From Methanolobus sp. (lineage in GTDB: Archaea; Halobacteriota; Methanosarcinia; Methanosarcinales; Methanosarcinaceae): a DNA stretch of 64,000 nucleotides. Positions 8,487-18,247 of this stretch are shown here, in pieces. The translations under genes and the position numbers were made by a program. Position 1 is the first letter of the stretch; every line of letters starts with the position of its first letter. The stretch covers positions 4,958-68,957 of the forward strand of contig JASKKT010000002.1 of NCBI GenBank assembly GCA_030154025.1, read 5' to 3'. The notes under the pieces were generated by a model. The model ran no database searches. It saw only the letters and a list, made by a program, of their open reading frames with translations, and was not told where the DNA came from.

Positions 8487-10484
8487 TTATGCTTTAATAT
8501 CGGACTCACCCGGGGGAAGCATCATGGCAATCCTGTCAGGCGAAGCGATCTGCTTGACGAAGTTGACTTCCTTGAGCCGGTCAACATATACCTTGTATAT
8601 CTTTTTCGCTATATCGTTCTGATTGAACTTCCCGGGAGTCAGCTCTATGACATGCTGCCCATGCTGCCTTACTGCTGACACCGGGCCGCCTATGACACGT
8701 GTCTCCGCTCCAAGCTCCAGGGCAACAGCCGCTCCCACGGGGACATCACGGAAATAGTTGCGTTCGCCACGGATGATGAAAGCACCCTTTTTCACATACT
8801 CGCCTGATTCGGGGGTCTTTGAGACCTGCTCGGGCAGGACCCAGTAGCAATCCCCGCTGAACTGGCCGGACTTCCACACGCTGGAATAGGATACAACGAA
8901 CTGTGCGGCCTCCACCAGGGTCTGTTCGGTCACATGCTTGCCCTGCGCTTTTACTATGGTCATGGGTGCGCCGGGGTCCTGGGTATGGAAGACGATATCG
9001 CTCTTGTCCATGTACTTCTTTACAAGCTCCTCGTTGGTTTCCGCATCCCTTCCGCCCACTACAAGGAAGCCCTCGGAAGAATAGAACCACCTGAAGCGGT
9101 CGTACCAGTGCTTTTTCATGTGGGCCCTGCGCCTGCCGTCGGAGACTGCCTTCTTTTCCCTCTTCTGCATGGCTGCCCTGGTATCTTCAATAGCCTTCAA
9201 TGCACCTTCCTTCTTCCTGGTCAGCTTTTTGGCCTTCTCATAGTATAGCTGGGCATTCTGCGGGATCGTCAGCTTCAGGTCAATAGTGGCCTTCGTGCCG
9301 TCAAGGTCAAGCACCATCTTACCTGTGGCCGGGTCAATGCCCGAGATGGTCTTTGCCGCAGGGACAGTGTCCTTTGCCTTCTTGAGAATAGACCTTATCT
9401 CGTCCCATGAGTAACCCTTCTGCCGGGCGCTCTCGAGGACACCGGTGACAGTTTCTATAGCCTGGTAATGGGCATATATCTTCTCGGCCACCTCCACCTG
9501 CTTCTCAGCGTCCCTGCCGAAGTTCTCTATGGCTTCCTCCTGCTTTTTCAGCCGCCTTTCAAAAACATCCACCTTTTCCTTCTTTACAGCCTCAACTACC
9601 TGAGTGACTCCCTCAGCAGACCTCTTGCCGAAAATGGCATCAAGGGCTTTGTTAAAAGATGGGAAGGCTTCTTTCTCAAGACCTGCATGTGATCTGAGTT
9701 CAAACGGGGATACATCGACCGGCCTGACCTCTCCCTTTATTTCCTTTTTAACTATATACGGACTGAGTTCCCCTTTGATGAGCGGGGAGAACAGTTCCCG
9801 CATAGAGCCTGCAATGCGTGTAACGCCTTCACTGCCCACGTCCTTTGCAGGAGTATTCTTATCGATCCCGGCCCTGAGGCATACCTCTTCTGCCAGAGTG
9901 CCCCCCAGGTTGAACCTGGTGGCTATGGTGCGTACCACATCAGAATCCGAGGACGAGAACACGGACTCCAGGTCCTTCTCACCCGCATCCACCGGGCTTA
10001 GCTGGGCCTCAGGATATTGGTAGACTTCCCCGCTTCTGATCCTCCTGCCCCTGAAAGTCACGGGCCTCATGGGAAGGATGATCTTGCGTTCCGAATCCAG
10101 CAGGACTATGTTTCCAGGAGAGAAGAGCTCTGCAACGAGTATTGTCTCAACGCCGCCGCGGACCATGCCGATCTCAATGATCCTGTCAAAGTCATACTGC
10201 CTCACATAGGTGATGCGGCCTGCCATCACGTGTTTTCTCAGAAGCATGGGGAAAGATTGCGGTATCTTGGGGCTCTCAAGTATGTGCTCGCTCATATGGG
10301 CGCGTTTGCCTGCCTCGATGACAAGATTATCCTTGCCTTTGTTATAAACGAAAAGATTGATACGCAGTTCATCAGCCGCAGGCTGGTATATCTTGCCTAT
10401 CTTTGAATCGATGATGGAGTTCTCTCCTGAACTCAGTTCAAACACCAGAGCAGCAACATCTGCACTTGTCATTTCCTGCTTCAT
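8487..10484 (-). CDS. rqcH: Ribosome rescue protein RqcH/Rqc2 (NEMF/NFACT family)
   Basis: MTSADV, FPMLLRKH, QYDFDRI, HWYDRFRWF, GGRDAETNE and QVSKTPESGEY motifs. Confidence 0.93.
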   Translation of the reverse strand: MKQEMTSADVAALVFELSSGENSIIDSKIGKIYQPAADELRINLFVYNKGKDNLVIEAGKRAHMSEHILESPKIPQSFPMLLRKHVMAGRITYVRQYDFDRIIEIGMVRGGVETILVAELFSPGNIVLLDSERKIILPMRPVTFRGRRIRSGEVYQYPEAQLSPVDAGEKDLESVFSSSDSDVVRTIATRFNLGGTLAEEVCLRAGIDKNTPAKDVGSEGVTRIAGSMRELFSPLIKGELSPYIVKKEIKGEVRPVDVSPFELRSHAGLEKEAFPSFNKALDAIFGKRSAEGVTQVVEAVKKEKVDVFERRLKKQEEAIENFGRDAEKQVEVAEKIYAHYQAIETVTGVLESARQKGYSWDEIRSILKKAKDTVPAAKTISGIDPATGKMVLDLDGTKATIDLKLTIPQNAQLYYEKAKKLTRKKEGALKAIEDTRAAMQKREKKAVSDGRRRAHMKKHWYDRFRWFYSSEGFLVVGGRDAETNEELVKKYMDKSDIVFHTQDPGAPMTIVKAQGKHVTEQTLVEAAQFVVSYSSVWKSGQFSGDCYWVLPEQVSKTPESGEYVKKGAFIIRGERNYFRDVPVGAAVALELGAETRVIGGPVSAVRQHGQHVIELTPGKFNQNDIAKKIYKVYVDRLKEVNFVKQIASPDRIAMMLPPGESDIKA

Positions 10485-10583
10485 GCGGGGACTATAATGT
10501 GAATGAAGACTATAAGTTTTATGACGGATTAAGTCAATTAGGACTACTGCAAAATTTCATACTTCCGGAGAAAACTGTACATT

Positions 10584-11759
10584 ATGGATGATAAAACACG
10601 GGCTTTCATTGTATCGAAATTCCAGGAATACTACTCCCAGGCACAACTCACACTGCCGCCTGAGTTCACTTCAAGGGAATGGGGATTCATCGAGTTCGGA
10701 AGTGCAGACGACGTTTTCATGAAAAGGCACAGGGACTTCGGGTCGGAGGGAGAATTGTACGATTACCTCCGGGGAATGGCGCCTGCCCATGCATACTACT
10801 CCGTGGCCTACTATGAGTATCCGGGCGCGCCGAAGATGAAGGAGAAGAACTGGCTTAAGGCAGACCTGATATTCGACATAGACTCGGACCACCTTCCCGG
10901 CAAGATAAATTCCTACGGCGACATGCTGGAGAAGGGAAAAAAGGAGACCCTCAAGCTGCTGGACTTCCTCGTCAATGATTTCGGTTTCGATGAGAGCGCG
11001 GTACACGCAGTATTCTCGGGAGGTAGAGGATATCATTTTCATATCAGCGATCCTTCGGTGCTGTCGCTGGAGAGCCCGGAAAGACGTGAGATCGTTGATT
11101 ACGTCAGCTCCAAGGGACTTGACCTTGAGCGCATATTCACTACAAGGGAAATAGCAGGGGATGCCGGGACCGAGTCTGCTAAAATGGCGATGTTCGTCTC
11201 GGAGGACGACGGCGGCTGGGGCAGCAGGATCAACAGGTACCTTATATCATACCTCTCCTCCCTGGTAAAGAGCGAGCATGCCATGGAGATACTCACAGGG
11301 TTCAAGGGCATAGGGGAGAAATCAGCTGCAAACCTGATTGAAGCATTCAAAGATGATGCCAAGGTCGCAGCGCTGAAAAAGGGCAACATGGACTCTCTCA
11401 GGGGAATTAAGAAAAATGTCCTCGAGACAATTGTAAAACATGGCATAAACCAGATGGCTGCATGTGTCGACGAGCCGGTCACCGCAGATATAAAGCGCCT
11501 CATACGCCTTCCGGGATCCCTGCATGGGAAATCCGGAATGAAGGTCACCGCCCTCAGGATAGACGAGCTTGAAAGTTTCGAGCCCCTGAACGATGCGGTA
11601 GTGTTCGGGGACAAATCGGTAAAGATAAAAGCAATCAAGCCTTTTGCTGTGCAGATGAAAGGAAAGGATCTCATGGTCGAGGAAGGCGTGCAGGAAGTGC
11701 CGGAGTATGCTGCCGTGTACCTGATATGCAGAGGTGTGGCTGAATATGGATCGCACTGA
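10584..11759 (+). CDS. priS: DNA primase catalytic subunit
   Basis: REWGF, DLIFDID, FSGGRGYH and RLIRLPGSLHGK motifs. Confidence 0.95.
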   Translation: MDDKTRAFIVSKFQEYYSQAQLTLPPEFTSREWGFIEFGSADDVFMKRHRDFGSEGELYDYLRGMAPAHAYYSVAYYEYPGAPKMKEKNWLKADLIFDIDSDHLPGKINSYGDMLEKGKKETLKLLDFLVNDFGFDESAVHAVFSGGRGYHFHISDPSVLSLESPERREIVDYVSSKGLDLERIFTTREIAGDAGTESAKMAMFVSEDDGGWGSRINRYLISYLSSLVKSEHAMEILTGFKGIGEKSAANLIEAFKDDAKVAALKKGNMDSLRGIKKNVLETIVKHGINQMAACVDEPVTADIKRLIRLPGSLHGKSGMKVTALRIDELESFEPLNDAVVFGDKSVKIKAIKPFAVQMKGKDLMVEEGVQEVPEYAAVYLICRGVAEYGSH

Positions 11760-12489
11760 GCTTACCGACACACTGAGAGAAGAAAGGAGTTCCTCCCTCA
11801 AGTCCATGAACGCGGACTTCTACCAGAAGGTGGAGGAATACATTAAAGAGCTGGAGGAAGAGATCTCCCGGCTGAAGAACCCGCGCTCAGTAGAAGCAAA
11901 GATACTGGAGGACGAGCTCCAGAACGCTATCACCTCCGTGGAACTCATTTTCATGCGCCGCATAAAGAAGATAATCGGCAGCGCCACAACCAATGCATTT
12001 TCCAGCAAGTCCACCATACAGGATATGGGAAAACTGCTTCCCCAGGAAAGGGAGGTCTATGAGGCTGTGCTCTCAGCTATTAACACGGCACGCAGGCAGA
12101 TGCTTGAGCCTGTGATCAATCCCCACATATCCCCGGCAGAGGAGAAGGGAAAAGGACATATCCCATCAGGGAGTATGCTATCCGGGGAGAACAGGGTAGC
12201 ACATACTTCTGCAGATGCAGGTACGAGAACGGAAGACCTTACCGGGAAAAGCGGCACTACTGCGGACACTGCTCCCGAGCTTCAGGAAAAGGATGAAAGA
12301 GAACAAATAGCCAAAAGTAATATAAATAAGGAATTCGTTGTTGTGCGAATACTGGAAAACGTGCCTACTTTCAAGGCTATGGACAATCGCAATTATACAT
12401 TGTGTGCGGAAGACGTTGTTGTTCTGCCGGCCCTTAATGCTAAGGTGCTTGTAAAACGCAACGTGGCACAGATGATCACAGATAATTGA
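11746..12489 (+). CDS. GINS complex subunit (Gins51-like)
   Basis: Helical A domain (DFYQKVEEYI, RRIKKII), long linker and C-terminal B domain (VVVRILENVP..DVVVLPALNAKVL). Conserved position after priS. Confidence 0.78.
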   Translation: MDRTELTDTLREERSSSLKSMNADFYQKVEEYIKELEEEISRLKNPRSVEAKILEDELQNAITSVELIFMRRIKKIIGSATTNAFSSKSTIQDMGKLLPQEREVYEAVLSAINTARRQMLEPVINPHISPAEEKGKGHIPSGSMLSGENRVAHTSADAGTRTEDLTGKSGTTADTAPELQEKDEREQIAKSNINKEFVVVRILENVPTFKAMDNRNYTLCAEDVVVLPALNAKVLVKRNVAQMITDN

Positions 12490-12514
12490 CTCAGACTTAT
12501 TCAAGGTGTAGATA

Positions 12515-12793
12515 ATGAAGATCCCGAAGAGATTCAAAACATATTGCCCTTCATGCAAGAAACACACTGAAATAGTTGTGGAAAGAGTGAAGAAGGGAAA
12601 AGCATCGTCTTTGACACACATTGCAAGGCAGAAGAAGAGACAGACCGGAATAGGTAACACCGGTAAGTTCTCAAAGGTCCCCGGAGGAGACAAACCCACC
12701 AAGAGGATCTGGCTCAAGTACAAGTGCACTGAGTGCAACAAAGCACACCAGAGGCCAGCTTTCAGAGCAAAGAAATTCGAATTCGCGGAGTGA
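12515..12793 (+). CDS. rpl44e: 50S ribosomal protein L44e
   Basis: [15 protein letters not shown] and CTECNKAH motifs. Confidence 0.96.
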   Translation: MKIPKRFKTYCPSCKKHTEIVVERVKKGKASSLTHIARQKKRQTGIGNTGKFSKVPGGDKPTKRIWLKYKCTECNKAHQRPAFRAKKFEFAE

Positions 12794-12798
12794 TCTAA

Positions 12799-12978
<180 letters not shown>

Positions 12979-12989
12979 AGGGGTCCATA

Positions 12990-13787
12990 ATGGAAAAGAA
13001 CAATTGGCCAGAGATCGGGGAATTTGTTGTCTGTACCGTAAAGGATGTCACGGACTTCGGTGCATACACGACACTGGAAGAGTATGATGGGAAGGAAGGT
13101 TTTATCCACATCTCCGAGATCAAGGCCGGATGGGTCAAGTACGTCAGGGACCACGTGAGAGAAGGACAGAAGATAGTCTGTAAAGTACTCAATGTGGATC
13201 CTTCCCGCCGTCACATTGACCTTTCCCTCAAGGATGTCAATGAGCACCAGAAGCGTGCAAAGATCCAGGAATGGAAGAGCGAGCAGAAAGCTACCAAATG
13301 GCTCCAGTTCGTGGCAGAGGAAACAGGCACCAATGAGGAAGAGATGCAGAAGGTTGCCCAGAAGCTGGCAGAGCACTTCGGCAGCCTGTACTCGGCCTTT
13401 GAAGAAGCCGCGATGATCGGTGCCAACGCTTTCAACGATGTCAAGCTGAAGAAGAAACTGACAGCCAGCATAGTCCAGATCGCACAGAACAACATCAAGC
13501 TGCCTTACGTGGATATCGCAGGCTATGTCGACCTGACCTGCATCCTGCCTGAGGGGATAGAGGTCATAAAATCAGCCCTGATAGCAGCCAATGACATTCA
13601 GGAAGAGAATGTAAGAGTGGACATCACTTACACAGGTGCGCCCAGGTACCGCATAAAAGTGATAGCACCGGACTATAAGAAAGCTGAATCAGTGCTTAAG
13701 AAAGCTGCTACCACAGCTGTCACTACTATCGAGCAGCTTGGCGGGAAGGGAGAGTTCCACCGGCACAACGATACAGTAAAGGCGTGA
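12990..13787 (+). CDS. eif2a: Translation initiation factor aIF-2 alpha
   Basis: S1 domain (WPEIGEFVV, EGFIHISEI, HIDLSLK) and GAPRYRI motif. Confidence 0.95.
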   Translation: MEKNNWPEIGEFVVCTVKDVTDFGAYTTLEEYDGKEGFIHISEIKAGWVKYVRDHVREGQKIVCKVLNVDPSRRHIDLSLKDVNEHQKRAKIQEWKSEQKATKWLQFVAEETGTNEEEMQKVAQKLAEHFGSLYSAFEEAAMIGANAFNDVKLKKKLTASIVQIAQNNIKLPYVDIAGYVDLTCILPEGIEVIKSALIAANDIQEENVRVDITYTGAPRYRIKVIAPDYKKAESVLKKAATTAVTTIEQLGGKGEFHRHNDTVKA

Positions 13788-13794
13788 TGTTCTT

Positions 13795-13965
13795 TTGGGA
13801 CTGAAGATCCACAGATGTCAGAACTGCAGCAGGTACACTTTCGAAGAGAAGTGCCCCTCATGCGGATCACTTGCCGTGGACCCCAGTCCTGCCAGATATT
13901 CCCCTAAGGACCCGTATGGTAAATATCGCCGCTTGGCAAGGAAGGAGGAACTATGCAGGAGATAA
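13795..13965 (+). CDS. nop10: H/ACA RNP protein Nop10 (absent from the ORF track)
   Basis: Manual translation (TTG) GLKIHRCQNCSRYTFEEKCPSCG..PARYSPKDPYGKYRR. Confidence 0.93.
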   Translation: MGLKIHRCQNCSRYTFEEKCPSCGSLAVDPSPARYSPKDPYGKYRRLARKEELCRR

Positions 13966-14732
13966 AAGTAATTCGGCTTAAGGATGAACTTCAGCTACGC
14001 GAACCGGTATTCCTTGTGGGTCTTCCTGGTGTGGGGCATGTAGGAAAACTTGTTGCGGAACACCTTATCGAAGAGCTTGATGCCGAGAAGGTCATCGAGA
14101 TATACTCACATCATTTTCCTCCGCAGGTACTCGTTGATGAGAACAGCGAGATCCATATGGTCAACAACGAGATGTATGTCTGCAGTACTGACGAATGCGA
14201 TATTCTCATCCTTGTAGGGGACCACCAGAGCAGTACTGCTGAAGGGCACTACCAGCTTTGCGACCTCTATCTTGACATCGCAGAAGAGTTCGGGATCAAA
14301 AAGATATATACGCTCGGGGGATTCCCTACAGGGCAGCTCACATATTCCGACGAGGTCCTGGGAGCCGTCAACAAACCGGAACTTAAGGAAGAGCTCTTGA
14401 ATGCAGGAGTCGTTTTCAGGGAGAACGAGCCCGGAGGAGGGATCGTAGGCGCTTCAGGCCTTATACTGGGATTGAGCAAGTTCAGGAAAATGGACGCTGC
14501 ATGCCTCATGGGACTTACTTCCGGATACCTTGTGGACCCCAAGAGCGCGCAATCACTGCTAAAGGTCATATCCAGGCTGTTCTCTATCGAGATCGATGAA
14601 GGTCCCCTCGAAGAGCGTGCAAAGGAAATGGAAAAGATCGTTGCCCGGCTCAAAGAGGTCGAACAGCAGCAACAGCAGATGGCTATGCCGGAAGCGAACA
14701 TCAAGGACGAGGACCTGCGATACATCGGCTGA
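13953..14732 (+). CDS. Proteasome assembly chaperone (PAC2) family protein
   Basis: GLPGVGHVGKL, FPPQV, GGIVGASGL and TSGYLVDPKSA motifs. Confidence 0.9.
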   Translation: MQEIKVIRLKDELQLREPVFLVGLPGVGHVGKLVAEHLIEELDAEKVIEIYSHHFPPQVLVDENSEIHMVNNEMYVCSTDECDILILVGDHQSSTAEGHYQLCDLYLDIAEEFGIKKIYTLGGFPTGQLTYSDEVLGAVNKPELKEELLNAGVVFRENEPGGGIVGASGLILGLSKFRKMDAACLMGLTSGYLVDPKSAQSLLKVISRLFSIEIDEGPLEERAKEMEKIVARLKEVEQQQQQMAMPEANIKDEDLRYIG

Positions 14733-14741
14733 AGGTGTCTG

Positions 14742-15980
14742 ATGATAATCAACGCAGACCTCCACCTGCACTCAAAATATTCAATGGCCTGTTCGGGGAG
14801 AATGGACCTTCCCACCATCGCACAGGAAGCTGCAAAAAAAGGCATAGACCTGGTCGCAACCGGAGACTGTATACATCCCCTGTGGATGAAAGAGATCAGG
14901 AAAGCCTCCCTTGACGACGAGAACATATCCATCGGGAGGACTTCTTTTACACTTACCACTGAAATAGAGGATGCTAATCGCGTGCATCATCTTCTGATAC
15001 TGCCGTCCCTGTCGAAGGCAGAAGAGCTCGCAGAAACAATATCCCGCTATGGCAACCTGGAATCCGACGGACGCCCTACCGTGCGCCTTGACGGAGTGCA
15101 GATCGCCGAGATAGCAAGGGATGCTGGCGCCCTGATAGGTCCGTGTCATGCTTTTACTCCCTGGACTGCAATGTATGCCTACCATGATTCTCTTAAGAGC
15201 TGCTACGGCGACCTGACTGATTATGTTTCCTTCCTCGAGCTGGGCCTGAGTGCGGATAGCGATTATGCCGATCGCATAAGTGAACTGCACAGGCTGACCT
15301 TCCTTTCCAACTCCGATGCACATTCCCCGGTTTCCAATAAGCTCGCAAGGGAATTCAACAGGATGGAAGTGCCCGATATGTCCTTTGAGGGGCTGAAGAA
15401 AGCAATCCTCAGGGAGAACAACTATCGTGTGATCCTGAACGTCGGGTTCTATCCCCAGGAAGGAAAGTACAACGAATCCGCCTGCTTCACATGCTTCACC
15501 CACTACTCACTGGAAGAGAGCGTGTCAATAAAATGGAAATGCAGCGTCTGCGGAGGCCGCATCAAGAAGGGTGTATATGACAGGGTAAACGAGCTTGCAG
15601 ACCTGCCGGAGCCTATCCATCCTGAACACAGGCCTCCCTATGTACACCTGATGCCCCTGTCAGAGATCATCATGATGGCCCTGGGGCATGCAAGCATCAA
15701 TACCAAGGGAGTACAGGATGCCTGGAACGCGCTCCTTGACAGGTTCACAGATGAACTGCAGGTGCTCCTGCATGTCCCTGCCGAAAGCATGGACTTCGTG
15801 GACAGGAAGATAGTTGACGCGATCCTTGCCTTCAGGGAAGAGAGAGTGATCCTCCACCCCGGAGGGGGCGGGCAGTATGGCCGCATAGAACTCCCCACTT
15901 ACACGGAGGCGGGCAGATCGGGAAAAGGGGAGAAGGGCAGGGACGATAAAAAAAGCCAAAGCTCACTGTTTGATTTCTGA
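14742..15980 (+). CDS. TIGR00375 family PHP-domain nuclease (Endonuclease Q-like)
   Basis: ADLHLHSKYS, HAFTPW, ELGLSAD, SNSDAHS, a C4 zinc finger and PGGGGQYG. Confidence 0.85.
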   Translation: MIINADLHLHSKYSMACSGRMDLPTIAQEAAKKGIDLVATGDCIHPLWMKEIRKASLDDENISIGRTSFTLTTEIEDANRVHHLLILPSLSKAEELAETISRYGNLESDGRPTVRLDGVQIAEIARDAGALIGPCHAFTPWTAMYAYHDSLKSCYGDLTDYVSFLELGLSADSDYADRISELHRLTFLSNSDAHSPVSNKLAREFNRMEVPDMSFEGLKKAILRENNYRVILNVGFYPQEGKYNESACFTCFTHYSLEESVSIKWKCSVCGGRIKKGVYDRVNELADLPEPIHPEHRPPYVHLMPLSEIIMMALGHASINTKGVQDAWNALLDRFTDELQVLLHVPAESMDFVDRKIVDAILAFREERVILHPGGGGQYGRIELPTYTEAGRSGKGEKGRDDKKSQSSLFDF

Positions 15981-15997
15981 TCCGGGTATAATCTCGA

Positions 15998-16012
15998 TAC
16001 CTATATAATACA
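15998..16012 (+). promoter_or_regulatory. TATA box of the tRNA-Ser gene
   Basis: TATATAATA about 25-30 nt upstream of the tRNA 5' end. Confidence 0.55.
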
Positions 16013-16034
16013 TAAAAACCTTGGAACACTGCGT

Positions 16035-16150
16035 GCCGAGGTGGCAGAGCGGACTAATCCGAAGGCTTGACGGCCCAGGAGTCCAAACGCGACCGGCTCG
16101 AGACCGGTTTCTCCGGGAGGAGTGCTTGGGTTCAAATCCCAACCTCGGCG
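16035..16150 (+). tRNA. tRNA-Ser(CGA) with a 30-nt D-loop intron (16057-16086); CCA not encoded
   Basis: Acceptor stem GCCGAGG/CCTCGGC, anticodon arm ACCGG-CT-CGA-GA-CCGGT, long variable arm CTCC-GGGA-GGAG, T arm TTGGG-TTCAAAT-CCCAA, G73 discriminator. Confidence 0.93.
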
Positions 16151-16185
16151 TTACTGATTCCTGCCCCTGTGTGGCTAAAATTATC

Positions 16186-16971
16186 CTATATTGCACTGAC
16201 CCTGACAGACTGCTGACGGTAGTGTTCAAAAAGCTCCTTACCCCATTCCACCGCATCAGGGCTGCAGCAGACCAAGTGTTTGTGGTCGTACGTACCCTTG
16301 TCAGTGAGCAGTTTCATTTCAATACATGCATCGTTGACTTTGAATGAAAGGAAAGGCATACCCTCGGAACAGACATAAAGTTCAACTTTCCTGTTTTCCA
16401 AAAGCTTCTGCATATGTCCGTGCTGATCTCTTCTAACTTTATCAAAAAGACAGTTGTCAAAAATCAGGGACAGATTGATCCTTCTTTCCAGAATCTCAGA
16501 GAACAGTTCCGGAAAAGCAGGATGCAGGCAGGCAGCTGCCACACTGACAGAGCCTGATGACTTGGACATCTCATGAACTTCCCTGTTATAATCATATATA
16601 TCCGGGAAGTTTGGTTTGATGATAGTGCAGGAATTCAACTTATGAAGCTGTTTAAGCAGAGGAGGAGGTATGAAGTCCAGATTACGACTTCTCCAGAATC
16701 CCTCAGCAGCATTCATCGTAGCTTCAATGCACAAGAGAGGTTTGAGTTTCTCGACAACCAGCTCCCCTATTCTAGTAAGTGAATAAATGCCATTTCTCCC
16801 GGTAATAAGATAACGTTCTTCCAATGGACCTGTTATGGAAGACAGTTCGTTTATACTCACTTCAAGAGATGATGCAAGTCCGCCAAAGTCTTTTGGACCT
16901 TCGTTCAAAATTAAAAGTGCATGCCTTATCTGTTCCGATGCTATTAGTTCTTGAATTGATGTCTTTTCCAT
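16186..16971 (-). CDS. Winged-helix transcriptional regulator, DUF1724-like
   Basis: N-terminal wHTH (LLILNEGPK..YSLTRIG), then FWRSRNLDFIPP and AVEWGKELFEHY, typical of this Methanosarcinales family. Confidence 0.8.
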   Translation of the reverse strand: MEKTSIQELIASEQIRHALLILNEGPKDFGGLASSLEVSINELSSITGPLEERYLITGRNGIYSLTRIGELVVEKLKPLLCIEATMNAAEGFWRSRNLDFIPPPLLKQLHKLNSCTIIKPNFPDIYDYNREVHEMSKSSGSVSVAAACLHPAFPELFSEILERRINLSLIFDNCLFDKVRRDQHGHMQKLLENRKVELYVCSEGMPFLSFKVNDACIEMKLLTDKGTYDHKHLVCCSPDAVEWGKELFEHYRQQSVRVSAI

Positions 16972-17261
16972 TCAAGTATGCCCCACTGTATATCAAGTTG
17001 CTTTTCTCAAACATGGTACCGAAGAACCTCCCTCTCTGCCAGATGCTTAAAGAAGTGCTCCAATCCTCCTCAGAAATAAAAGTTGTTGTGTTATTTAAAG
17101 GTTGGTAAGCTACTATTAGTTTAATGATATAAATCATAATTTAAATCAGGCAGTGTGTTTAAAAAAGTAGCTTATAGGTGCCACATATATCAGAATTGGG
17201 CACGCCTGCAGGATTACCTAAATGTATCTGTATATCAAAGTACTTCAGCAGGTAAGAGGGA

Positions 17262-17987
17262 TCATGCTCCCCCTCTTCCGCCAAAGGACTGGCTGCTTCC
17301 ACCGGTACCGCCCTCTTCCATGGAGCGGCTCCCGAATGCCTGCTTGTTCTCTTCTGAAGGTTCTTTCTCCCCGAATGGCTGGTCACTCTGGCTTTCGGCA
17401 TCTGCTTCTGAACTGCCTCTCATATCCTTGACCTTCTGGGATACTTTCTCCGCACCCTGCTTGACCCTGTCAGTCAGGGAACCCTCTTCAGCCTGCATGT
17501 CCCTCACTCTTTGGCCTACATTTCCTGCACCTTCCCTGACCATCTCTGTCACAGAGCTCTTACCTTCCTGTGAGCGTCTTTCCCTTCTCTCCCTCACCCT
17601 CCGATTCACATCCTCGGCCATATGGCTGCCAGCCTCCCTTACCCTTGATGCGGTCTGAGGAAGTCTGGCCGCCAGCTCAGGGATCACATCAATGATGCTA
17701 TTGAAGCTGCTTCTGCCTGACAGCGTCAGTAAGCGAACATCTTCCTCGGAAATGACCACAAAGCCGATGGGCTCCATATTGACACCTGCATACCCGCCAC
17801 CTGCATATCCATCCTTGCCGTTCCCCTGGTGGTTTTCACCGCCTGCACTTCCGAAACCCGCAGAGACTTTCATGATCGGCATTATGGTCTTCCCTTCCCA
17901 GGTAGTAGGTTCGCCCACCAAGGTCTTGGTGTTCACTATGCTCTCTGTTTCGTGAGTTATTTCCTTGATTATGTCATCTAACCCCAT
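17262..17987 (-). CDS. GerW/YtfJ family protein with a hydrophilic low-complexity C-terminal tail
   Basis: TKTLVGEP..TIMPIMKVSAGFGSAGG and GGGYAGVNMEPIGFVVI motifs. Confidence 0.82.
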   Translation of the reverse strand: MGLDDIIKEITHETESIVNTKTLVGEPTTWEGKTIMPIMKVSAGFGSAGGENHQGNGKDGYAGGGYAGVNMEPIGFVVISEEDVRLLTLSGRSSFNSIIDVIPELAARLPQTASRVREAGSHMAEDVNRRVRERRERRSQEGKSSVTEMVREGAGNVGQRVRDMQAEEGSLTDRVKQGAEKVSQKVKDMRGSSEADAESQSDQPFGEKEPSEENKQAFGSRSMEEGGTGGSSQSFGGRGGA

Positions 17988-18247
17988 GTATTCTCCCCAT
18001 TTCTTCAACGTGTGTTTTTGTAGTATAGTTTATTATGTCCCTTATAGTTTAAAAGTGAATCTGCAAAGCATACATTTTTTTATGCACAGTTGAAGATCCT
18101 GTATTAAGATCCAGTGCATCTGCAAATCAACCGGAAATAAAGTATTCTTTGCTCAATATATTTATAAATGCTGTTCATAGCCTCACAAAACTTAAGTAGT
18201 TCAAGAGTTAATAAATATATAAAATAAATAATTGATTTTAAATAACC

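Noticed and set aside
16130..16150. tRNA 3' end as the attachment site of an integrated island
   Set aside because: No repeat of the tRNA 3' end and no integrase were noticed in the window. Downstream genes are ordinary Methanosarcinales families.
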